Source: a virus | DNA: 64,000 nt | Virus record (IMG/VR): IMGVR_UViG_3300021185_001231 | Strand: one strand, 5' to 3' | In this document: positions 8,577 through 15,682 of the stretch, in pieces | Position numbering within the stretch: the first letter of the stretch is position 1 | How the letters are laid out: each line of letters begins with the position of its first letter | Notes under the pieces: model-generated | Database searches by the model: none | What the model was told of the DNA's origin: nothing | The model's input: only the letters and a program-made list of their open reading frames with translations | Made by a program: the position numbers and the translations under genes

Positions 8577-9372
8577 CGAGTATTGCATTGTTAGTAACTC
8601 CAGTTGTGGAACCAGTATTCTGACCCACGAAAACAAAGTTATAATCACCAGTCACACCAACTGTTTGTCTGTTATCCGAACCGTCTTCCATACTTGTCTG
8701 AATCCAGTTATTAGATCCAGTAACATCCCAGTTCCAAGTGGCATTGTCCGAATTGAAGAAAACATTCAATGTGTTATCCGAACCAGTAACATCTAGATCC
8801 ATATCTAAAGTATCAGCTGTACCTTCAGTAGGATCCCAAGTTCCCCAGTATGCAGTTTGACCACTATTAGTCCTAGACCAAGTGCTTCCACTAACTGTCC
8901 AAAATTGTTCTGCGTTGGACTGATTCCAGAGGGGAGTGGATATGTTATAAACATCATCCGCATTACCAGCTCTTAGAATAACTGTGTTAGTATTACCCGT
9001 TATAGCAGAATCTATAGTTAGTGTATCTGCATCATTAGCAACACCTATCTTCTGATTCCATATGTTGTAGTTACCTACAGTGAAATTGTTGATAGTCGAA
9101 CCAGTAGTTACGATAGTACCAAACATTTTGTTGTAGTCACCATCTTGTTTTAAATCTAAGTACGAGTTAGAAATTGTCATGGTCATATCAATAGATGTAC
9201 CAGTAAAATCATCTCCACCGTATTTATTACCAGCACCGATTTGTTGTATAGTCAACTCAACGTTATCACCACTCTGTGCAATAAAAATCTCATTGTCGTT
9301 AGCATCACTAGCATAGGTATTAGTCGCAGCAAGACCGAGGACCAAGTATAGTGATTTTTTATTCATCTTCAT
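8518..9372 (-). CDS. Secreted curlin-like repeat protein (CsgA/CsgB-like)
   Basis: Signal peptide; DNEIFIAQSGDNVELTIQQIGAGN and repeated VTGxxN/QxGxxN units. Confidence 0.75.
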   Translation of the reverse strand: MKMNKKSLYLVLGLAATNTYASDANDNEIFIAQSGDNVELTIQQIGAGNKYGGDDFTGTSIDMTMTISNSYLDLKQDGDYNKMFGTIVTTGSTINNFTVGNYNIWNQKIGVANDADTLTIDSAITGNTNTVILRAGNADDVYNISTPLWNQSNAEQFWTVSGSTWSRTNSGQTAYWGTWDPTEGTADTLDMDLDVTGSDNTLNVFFNSDNATWNWDVTGSNNWIQTSMEDGSDNRQTVGVTGDYNFVFVGQNTGSTTGVTNNAILDATFATTHSDINIIQSDAN

Positions 9373-10201
9373 TTGTTTCTCCTATTACCCAATAGCCCCT
9401 GTCGTGCCCTTGGTAAATTAATTCTAATACAGCTTCTTCTACGGCAGCACGTGTTGCATATGTGACACTTTCGTTGAAACCATTTCCATCTTCGAATTCT
9501 ATAAGTTTGGTATCCATATCAACAAACCTAAAGACATCATAACCACCACCAGCAGACAATATAGATTTCCTTGTCTGTACATTAAGTAATATTTCACCAG
9601 TGAGAGTCGATGTTGCCCTAAGACTTATGACAATCGAATCCCTCCTATATTGAGAACTTTTACCTATTCCTAGGTACCTAGCTCCCCTACCACCACTTTC
9701 AATGTTAGTATCATAACCTATGATACCTCCATCAATGATAATACCTGCGAATAGAAGAGGATCGAGTTTATTATCTTTACTTTTCTTCTCCCACTCCTCT
9801 CTCGCAGATCTTATAATCTGTCTCTCTCTAACAAGGTTGTCTAACCCTACTCTATCAACTACCCGAAACCAAGAACCCCCGCCCGCAGTTTTTAATGCGT
9901 CTATTACAAACGCCTCTGCTCCTTGGGTTACCGCAGTAGAAAAATCCGCAATATTATCTCGACTTTTTCTTTGACCTGTCAAGTCTTTAAAACTGTAAAC
10001 CGCAACTATAGGTCTAACCTTAGCTGCCGGAAGATTCGCAAGTTTCTCCGAGGCCGGTAAAGTCACAACCTCAGCACTTTCTCTACACTCATAAACATAT
10101 TGATTCAAAAGACCTTCTCGATCTTCACAATCTATTATGGATGGTCTGGGTATTCCAGCGCAACCCGATAGAATAATAAGAGATAATAAAATTAGTCTCA
10201 T
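9359..10201 (-). CDS. csgG: Curli secretion channel lipoprotein CsgG
   Basis: Lipobox LSGC; VAVYSFKDLTGQRK, FSTAVTQG, WFRVVDRVGLDNLVRERQIIR, GGIIGYDTN. Confidence 0.93.
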   Translation of the reverse strand: MRLILLSLIILSGCAGIPRPSIIDCEDREGLLNQYVYECRESAEVVTLPASEKLANLPAAKVRPIVAVYSFKDLTGQRKSRDNIADFSTAVTQGAEAFVIDALKTAGGGSWFRVVDRVGLDNLVRERQIIRSAREEWEKKSKDNKLDPLLFAGIIIDGGIIGYDTNIESGGRGARYLGIGKSSQYRRDSIVISLRATSTLTGEILLNVQTRKSILSAGGGYDVFRFVDMDTKLIEFEDGNGFNESVTYATRAAVEEAVLELIYQGHDRGYWVIGETNEDE

Positions 10202-10671
10202 TAAAATCCACCAGCACCGATAGGAACATCCAAAGTAGTAACAGTTCCATCTTCACTGACTACCGTGATTCTTATCACGTCAGTACCATCAGCTCCACCA
10301 CCGTATATAGTTTCATAGGTGATAGAGTTTCCTTCAATCTCAAAAAAACCAGACTCCGAGGAATCTGTATTACCAAACATATTGTCTACCAATTGTTTGG
10401 CAATCTGTGCGTATATTCTACTTTCTAAATTACGCAAGAACTTTGCTTGCGTAGTATTGTTTGCATCTCTTTCAGCTTGTGCGATTGCCGATTCTATATC
10501 ATCCTTTATTTCTTCCCTACGAGATCTTTCTTGATTCTCGATAGTAAGATAATGTGAAGAAGTTCCTATACCACTAAAAGAAGGAGATTTAAACTTATGA
10601 GTAATTTGATCTGAGTAAGAGTAAGTTGCATATAGTAATAAACTAATCAGTGTTCCGGTTATTTTTTTCAT
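10201..10671 (-). CDS. csgF: Curli assembly component CsgF
   Basis: Signal peptide then HKFKSPSFSG (cf. F.NP.FGG), FLRNLESRI, C-terminal TTLDVP; directly upstream of csgG. Confidence 0.85.
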   Translation of the reverse strand: MKKITGTLISLLLYATYSYSDQITHKFKSPSFSGIGTSSHYLTIENQERSRREEIKDDIESAIAQAERDANNTTQAKFLRNLESRIYAQIAKQLVDNMFGNTDSSESGFFEIEGNSITYETIYGGGADGTDVIRITVVSEDGTVTTLDVPIGAGGF

Positions 10672-10909
10672 TCTCTTTCTCCTGAATTATCATGTCCAAT
10701 TTAGTTTTCATACGAATCAAATCATTATCCAACATTCTAACCCTGTCAATAAGTGCTATCAATGTCATATGAGATTCTGAAACTACAGGGTCAACTTCTG
10801 TCGTAACCCACTTCCAGATATAAAATATAAAGTAACCCAATCCAAATGCTGCAATAATGGGAAACCCATATTTACTTATAGCATCAGCAATAGTCAATTC
10901 TTCCATCAA
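10643..10909 (-). CDS. Small membrane protein, GFPI motif (YvrJ-like)
   Basis: ISKYGFPIIAAFGLGYFI TM plus coiled coil; paralog of next ORF. Confidence 0.7.
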   Translation of the reverse strand: MMEELTIADAISKYGFPIIAAFGLGYFIFYIWKWVTTEVDPVVSESHMTLIALIDRVRMLDNDLIRMKTKLDMIIQEKENEKNNRNTD

Positions 10910-11184
10910 TCCTTTCTCGCATCCTTTTGTCCGTCAGCTCGCGCAATTCTATCTACATCCGGAGTAACTCCAAATGCTTGACACATAAGAACATCGACAC
11001 GAACAAGTTCATTGTTCATAGTTTTGACACGATTGTCTAAGGATTTTGCAAACCCACGTTGGGTTTTTATGTCACTAAGAACACCATCAAGAATAAATCG
11101 TAAAGTTAGGAATACAAAGAAACCCCCAGCGAGAGCGGAGGCAATAGGAAAACCTACATCAGTTACCATTGTAAGAAAGTTCAT
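10906..11184 (-). CDS. Small membrane protein, GFPI motif (YvrJ-like)
   Basis: VTDVGFPIASALAGGFFV TM plus coiled coil; first gene after late promoter. Confidence 0.7.
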   Translation of the reverse strand: MNFLTMVTDVGFPIASALAGGFFVFLTLRFILDGVLSDIKTQRGFAKSLDNRVKTMNNELVRVDVLMCQAFGVTPDVDRIARADGQKDARKD

Positions 11185-11221
11185 TCTAGTAGTATCGTAT
11201 ATGTCAAATAAATTATACTAC

Positions 11222-11229
11222 TATTTATA
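11222..11229 (-). promoter_or_regulatory. T4-type late promoter of curli/cyclase operon
   Basis: TATAAATA about 38 nt upstream of the first operon gene. Confidence 0.75.
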
Positions 11230-11251
11230 ACAGAATAGATCTCTAAATTAA

Positions 11252-11318
11252 ATAAAAGAGCAGTTTTCCACATACTCAGGTGGTTTAGATCCCAAGGTAG
11301 CATCAAGGGATATAAACC
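11252..11318 (-). other. Structured RNA element (hairpin, H-type pseudoknot, U tract)
   Basis: GGTTTAtATCCC/GGGATcTAAACC stem; CCAC/GTGG and GAGTA/TGCTC crossing stems; TTTTATT. Confidence 0.55.
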
Positions 11319-11326
11319 TATTTATA
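11319..11326 (-). promoter_or_regulatory. T4-type late promoter
   Basis: TATAAATA in intergenic DNA. Confidence 0.6.
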
Positions 11327-11342
11327 CTGAGAAGTGTAAAAT

Positions 11343-11585
11343 TTATACTATTTCCTTTTTCAATCTTTCAATGTAGATGGTAGCGTCCATCAGTTCTTCC
11401 TGTAGGTGCGTTAACCAACCCATCAAATCTATATCTGTTCTGGTGGTATCCGTTCCATATTTATCAAATCCCGCTTTAGCTCTGGACCTATAAGAATCCA
11501 TAACAGATTCCACATTAGGGTCTACCATATCATCTAATATCTTGTGTGCGTTCAACATAGTTAAACTCATAACACTTTCCTCCAA
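11343..11585 (-). CDS. Small phage protein, possibly all-alpha NTP pyrophosphatase-like
   Basis: KYG...WLTHLQEELMDATIY pattern. Confidence 0.55.
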   Translation of the reverse strand: MEESVMSLTMLNAHKILDDMVDPNVESVMDSYRSRAKAGFDKYGTDTTRTDIDLMGWLTHLQEELMDATIYIERLKKEIV

Positions 11586-11773
11586 TCATCATCGACATCA
11601 TCATTAATAATCACACTAGTATCCTGATCTAACCCCACGGTATTGAGATTAACATAATCTTCTATCATCTCTCTGACAACATCACTCATAGATACTTCTT
11701 TCTTGTCACAAACTTTTCTGAACCTTTCCTTTAATTCAGGGGCTATTCTAAATTGTGTCATTGGTGTTTTCAT
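11567..11773 (-). CDS. Ribbon-helix-helix DNA-binding protein
   Basis: TQFRIAPELKERF...SMSDVVREMIEDYV CopG/Arc pattern. Confidence 0.7.
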   Translation of the reverse strand: MKTPMTQFRIAPELKERFRKVCDKKEVSMSDVVREMIEDYVNLNTVGLDQDTSVIINDDVDDDWRKVL

Positions 11774-12480
11774 TGTACTCTTAACCTATCCTGTGACTGA
11801 TGTCCATTATGAGTTTTTGGAATATAATTTCTGTCTACGTATTCCCAAGCAATACTATATCTATACGAAGACTCGCTGGTATTACGATAACAACCATGAA
11901 CTAAATTGACATCAAAAAATACCGCAAAGGGTTGTTCCATTTCTATATCGATTATCGAGGGGTGAGATTCGTTTACACTCATCCATCTAAAAAAACCATG
12001 AGACTCTTTCTCATGATCATGTATTTTCTTATGAGACTCAGGAATTATTCTTAGACATCCATTTTCCTTAGTCGCACCATTAACAAAAAAATCACAACTC
12101 ACCAGTTTAGAAGAGTCTGCTTTAATATAATAGTTATCTTGGTGCCAATCTACAGAGAAACCTTCCTTCGGAACCATAGGAAAAAATTTAGATATGTAAG
12201 TATCAATATCATTATTTCCTAGAATTTTTGTAGCAATGGATTTTAATGTGGGGTTGGACGCTACACTCCTAAAGGTATTATTAGCCTTGAAAACACCGTC
12301 TAACTTACATGGATTATTTGGTGAGTTCATTACCCATCCATCTCTATTACTCTCTAGAGATTTCGCTAACGCTGTTTGCGTGTGACATTCTTGATTTATA
12401 TTAAAGTGTTCTTCTTCAGACATGAAGTCTGTAACTATAACATAACCCAATTCGTTAAACTTTTCTATGTCATAATTCAT
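11770..12480 (-). CDS. PhyH-family 2OG-Fe(II) dioxygenase
   Basis: FNELGYVI, WHQD, ENGCLRIIPESH, LVHG..N.S...R. Confidence 0.85.
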   Translation of the reverse strand: MNYDIEKFNELGYVIVTDFMSEEEHFNINQECHTQTALAKSLESNRDGWVMNSPNNPCKLDGVFKANNTFRSVASNPTLKSIATKILGNNDIDTYISKFFPMVPKEGFSVDWHQDNYYIKADSSKLVSCDFFVNGATKENGCLRIIPESHKKIHDHEKESHGFFRWMSVNESHPSIIDIEMEQPFAVFFDVNLVHGCYRNTSESSYRYSIAWEYVDRNYIPKTHNGHQSQDRLRVQ

Positions 12481-13154
12481 TCGGTTTCAATATCTTCTAT
12501 CAACAAATCTCTAAGGTATCTAGCCTGTTCGTCCTTTACTGTATTTTGTTTGCCACCATCATTAACAAACTTATATGCTAGAGTAAGACGTTCACCACCA
12601 GCATAAGCAGAGTGCCAACAATGATCTTCGACTTCATGTTCCGCACCAAAATAGTAATGTCGTGCTTGCCAGCCCGGCACGTCCTGTTCCGTCACAATTT
12701 TTCCGTCCTTGTCTCGGTACCGGAAAAAACCATTTCCATCCTTTGACCAAGTGAATAAAACTTGATACGCATTTGCATCATAGTTAGTATGCCATCCCAC
12801 AAAACCGCCTGGCGGATAGTATGATAATAATGCTGAGGTGTGAGCTCCTAAGTCTGCGGCAAAGTCATACTTCACTTTCTGCATATAATCTGTCCACTGG
12901 TCAGGGTACTCTCTAACCAACTTCGCAATAGGAATAGCGAAATATCTATCAGGAGGACCGACCAGTGTGGGGAATCTACTTAGACAATCTTGAAGATACT
13001 CTTCTGAACAATAGTACTCTCCCCTTTCCATATCAGACTTTTCGTGGTAAGTGAAACATTTGGGATCTTTGTATGTAGAATTACTGAACATATCTTCAAC
13101 AAATCCATCTAAAGTAGAAAGAAGTTCCTTGTTTCGGATAGTTATTTCAGCCAT
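12477..13154 (-). CDS. Putative 2OG-Fe(II) oxygenase-like (DSBH) protein
   Basis: YYPPGGFVGWHTN, CWHSA, RLTL; paralog of 37553..38191. Confidence 0.6.
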   Translation of the reverse strand: MAEITIRNKELLSTLDGFVEDMFSNSTYKDPKCFTYHEKSDMERGEYYCSEEYLQDCLSRFPTLVGPPDRYFAIPIAKLVREYPDQWTDYMQKVKYDFAADLGAHTSALLSYYPPGGFVGWHTNYDANAYQVLFTWSKDGNGFFRYRDKDGKIVTEQDVPGWQARHYYFGAEHEVEDHCWHSAYAGGERLTLAYKFVNDGGKQNTVKDEQARYLRDLLIEDIETE

Positions 13155-13426
13155 TAGATTATGATCCCACTTGTTGCTGTTATGTATGCCTTCTCTATAT
13201 CTTCATTTACCGGAGTGACAAAGACTATTCCGGCTGTATAGAAAGAAACTTCTTCCGGATTTTCCTTACCAGTGACACACACTCCCATAGCGAATCCCAT
13301 ACCTTGGTCACCATTAACAACCATTCTAGGATTTTCCAATACAAGTTTCGTAGAAGACTCCTCTTTAATTCTTCCTACATACTCGCCAGCCATATTTACT
13401 ACTGATACTACTTCACCTTTTTTCAT
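13154..13426 (-). CDS. Small Sm/SH3-like beta-barrel hypothetical protein
   Basis: GEVVSVVNMAGEYVGRI...LVLENP; start placed at MKKGE. Confidence 0.5.
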   Translation of the reverse strand: MKKGEVVSVVNMAGEYVGRIKEESSTKLVLENPRMVVNGDQGMGFAMGVCVTGKENPEEVSFYTAGIVFVTPVNEDIEKAYITATSGIII

Positions 13427-13583
13427 TTGAATCTTTCCTTTCATCTATAAATAATTTTAATGTTTGTCCCTCATCTTGAAGGGATAGTATAAAATCCTTA
13501 ACTTTTAAATTAGTATAGGACCTTCCGGATCCATCAATAACTTCAATCCTATTGACAGATTTAAATCTAGAGTCGCATTCCAT
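13413..13583 (-). CDS. Hypothetical protein, paralog of 26793..27062
   Basis: RIEVIDGSGRSYTN...LSLQDEGQTL; start reassigned to MECDS. Confidence 0.65.
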   Translation of the reverse strand: MECDSRFKSVNRIEVIDGSGRSYTNLKVKDFILSLQDEGQTLKLFIDERKDSNEKR

Positions 13584-13584
13584 T

Positions 13585-13929
13585 TTATTGTAAATCCACC
13601 AATATATGAGAATGTCTAACAAGAAAAAACCATATACCCACGAAGACACTTGCCCAAAATAAAGCAATAAAGTAGGACCCAAGAGATTCTGATATCCTAT
13701 AAAGAGTATTAAATAATACCCACATGATAAGTAACATGCAAGCTAGGAACCCATATATGGGAGAATGTGTTGTGGCAAACAGAATAGAAAATAAAGACAA
13801 CCAACATAAACTGGAATAAAAAATTAAATTCTTCCTGTTATATTTACGATTTTGATTAAGAAAATCTACCCATAACCAAATCACTCCAGTACTAGAAAAT
13901 ATTTTCCATAACAACCTTTTTATCTTCAT
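13585..13929 (-). CDS. Multi-TM membrane protein
   Basis: Three to four hydrophobic segments; ATGA overlap with upstream gene. Confidence 0.55.
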   Translation of the reverse strand: MKIKRLLWKIFSSTGVIWLWVDFLNQNRKYNRKNLIFYSSLCWLSLFSILFATTHSPIYGFLACMLLIMWVLFNTLYRISESLGSYFIALFWASVFVGIWFFLVRHSHILVDLQ

Positions 13930-14237
13930 CTTTTTTTATACCTATCGTCACACTCTAAATGACCATCACTTAGATGTGTCATAAGAATAAGAAGTTGAGT
14001 AGCGGCATGTGCTAAATGATTTCTACCAGACTCAGGATCTAAGTCCTCACCCGACCAAAAAGATGTTAGATGTCTTTGGATAGACGCGTAGGTTCGGGAC
14101 CACTCGGTGTTACCACCATCATGTCTCCAATCATCTCTAGCATACTTTTCCGCACCGAATGTCATTACATGGGCAATTTCCACTAAGGCCTCCGGTGGTA
14201 TCAAACTCAAATCGGGTTTACCGTTATCATACTTCAT
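13926..14237 (-). CDS. dATP/dGTP diphosphohydrolase-domain protein (DUF5664-like)
   Basis: KYDNGKPDLSLIP, FGAEKY, RHL..F..GED.DPESG..HLAHA. Confidence 0.8.
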   Translation of the reverse strand: MKYDNGKPDLSLIPPEALVEIAHVMTFGAEKYARDDWRHDGGNTEWSRTYASIQRHLTSFWSGEDLDPESGRNHLAHAATQLLILMTHLSDGHLECDDRYKKR

Positions 14238-14265
14238 AATTTATCCTATAATATATATATTTTTA

Positions 14266-14628
14266 TTATCCTTCTTTGTCTAAATCCCACCTTACTATAT
14301 TCTTTCCCCTTAAATAACTAAATAAGGTTTTCTTATTTTTCCACTTGGTTAACCACGGAGCATTATTTCTTTCAGCATCGAGGAAAACCGCATTAGTAAT
14401 AACTGTAGGAATAAGTATCGCAAGGTGAACTCCAATACTAACAGGAATACTATAACCAAGCCATCCAAAATAGTAGATAGCAATCAACCCGAAAAAACCA
14501 CTCCACATGGTGAATAGAGCTAACATAAGATAAGACTGAAGTACAGGATCGGGAATATATCTCAAAGGGTTGAATCGGAGGTCCATAACAGACCTCCAAG
14601 AATTTACTACAAAATCTAAAAATTTCAT
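14266..14628 (-). CDS. Two-TM membrane protein
   Basis: W..VMD.RFNPL motif and two hydrophobic helices. Confidence 0.65.
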   Translation of the reverse strand: MKFLDFVVNSWRSVMDLRFNPLRYIPDPVLQSYLMLALFTMWSGFFGLIAIYYFGWLGYSIPVSIGVHLAILIPTVITNAVFLDAERNNAPWLTKWKNKKTLFSYLRGKNIVRWDLDKEG

Positions 14629-15596
14629 TATGCTGCCTCCGCGAAATCAATTGCTTGAGATAGTGCGACTTGTTTACGGTTTTGATTAGAACCAAACCAC
14701 GCAGAAGTCATTCGAGTATCCGCACTACGACCCATCTCGTGATCAGTCAAGTAAGTTACACTGTTAAGTGCTTGCCACCAAGAACCTCTGCCAAACTCTG
14801 CGCCAGGTTGAGTCTGAAGAACATCAAAGGCCTTCTGACCGTTAGTAGTCAAGTCTTTGTATTCGTTGACAGTAACTTGATTTTTTCCCTGATAAGTTCT
14901 AGGAAAAACTTCGTTGTAGTATTTGATCAAAGATTCTGGAGTAAATCTTTTACTCGCAAGGAACTTCGCAACTTCTTTGTATTCCTCAAATCTACGATGT
15001 GCGATACCCATAGTCACTTTGACATGGTCAGCATCAAACGCACGACGATGGTTAATCTTCGCGCCATTTATAGCACGACCCTTTAGAGCCATCGCAAGAC
15101 TATTCATACATGTTACACGAACCGGAGTGAATCGGATATCAATTGATTTTCCGTACTCGTGAGGGTTAGAGAATAGAAGGTAAGAGTCAACTTGGTCACC
15201 ACCAAGGATGTCGAAAGACTCTTTGATGCGAGCCATTGCATAAACCATCTTACCACCTTTCAGAGAACCAGCGGTAGACATTTCCATACCACCCTCTAAA
15301 CAGTACTCATTGAAAAATTCAAAAGCAGTTTCGTTTTGACAAGGTTCCCAATTACCGCCCACTTGGGTTAGGACCTTATTGTCGGAAGATCGAACGAGAG
15401 CTTCTTTACCAGTAGGTATAAGGTCTACACCGTCCTTTGCGGCAAAAGTAGGACATTTTTCTACGGTCCAATTAGTTCCGGACTTCTCCATCATTTGTTG
15501 TGGAGACAAGTCATTAGAGACTTGAGTTCCAATACCCCAAGGACACTTACCCACAGTCGCAGAGGTTTCTATTTGTAGTACATCGTTCATGCTCAT
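14628..15596 (-). CDS. DUF932/DUF945-like phage protein
   Basis: PWGIG, QNETAFEFF, TAGSLKGGK, YLLFSNPH, TPVRVTCMN, W.ALNSVT...DH. Confidence 0.8.
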   Translation of the reverse strand: MSMNDVLQIETSATVGKCPWGIGTQVSNDLSPQQMMEKSGTNWTVEKCPTFAAKDGVDLIPTGKEALVRSSDNKVLTQVGGNWEPCQNETAFEFFNEYCLEGGMEMSTAGSLKGGKMVYAMARIKESFDILGGDQVDSYLLFSNPHEYGKSIDIRFTPVRVTCMNSLAMALKGRAINGAKINHRRAFDADHVKVTMGIAHRRFEEYKEVAKFLASKRFTPESLIKYYNEVFPRTYQGKNQVTVNEYKDLTTNGQKAFDVLQTQPGAEFGRGSWWQALNSVTYLTDHEMGRSADTRMTSAWFGSNQNRKQVALSQAIDFAEAA

Positions 15597-15634
15597 AATA
15601 TAATCCTATATGCTTTCTCAGTTTTAATACAAGT

Positions 15635-15663
15635 ATTATAACACAGAGGAATAGTTTTGTCAA
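15635..15663 (-). promoter_or_regulatory. Sigma70-type early promoter
   Basis: TTGACA-17 nt-TATAAT; shares TGTTATAATACTTGTATT with promoter 910-938. Confidence 0.85.
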
Positions 15664-15682
15664 CACTTATTTTAAAAATAAT

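Noticed and set aside
8577-8648. Long N-terminal extension of the FecR ORF, and similar extensions of 583..813, 944..1378, 13413..13682 and 25246..26094
   Set aside because: They overlap upstream genes or promoters; internal starts give better RBS or signal-peptide context
4694-11184. Curli/cyclase block as host contamination or chimeric assembly
   Set aside because: Same strand and AT-rich style as its flanks, bracketed by T4-type TATAAATA promoters, with no integrase or transposase; read-level checking would still be prudent
11343-11773. RHH gene plus small downstream gene as a toxin-antitoxin pair
   Set aside because: Downstream protein shows no RelE/PIN/MazF features and the pair ends a longer operon with no promoter of its own
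14450-14695. Alternative-frame minus ORF spanning two genes (also 21264..21473, 22112..22384, 38928..39128)
   Set aside because: Nested in better-supported genes with no recognisable motifs
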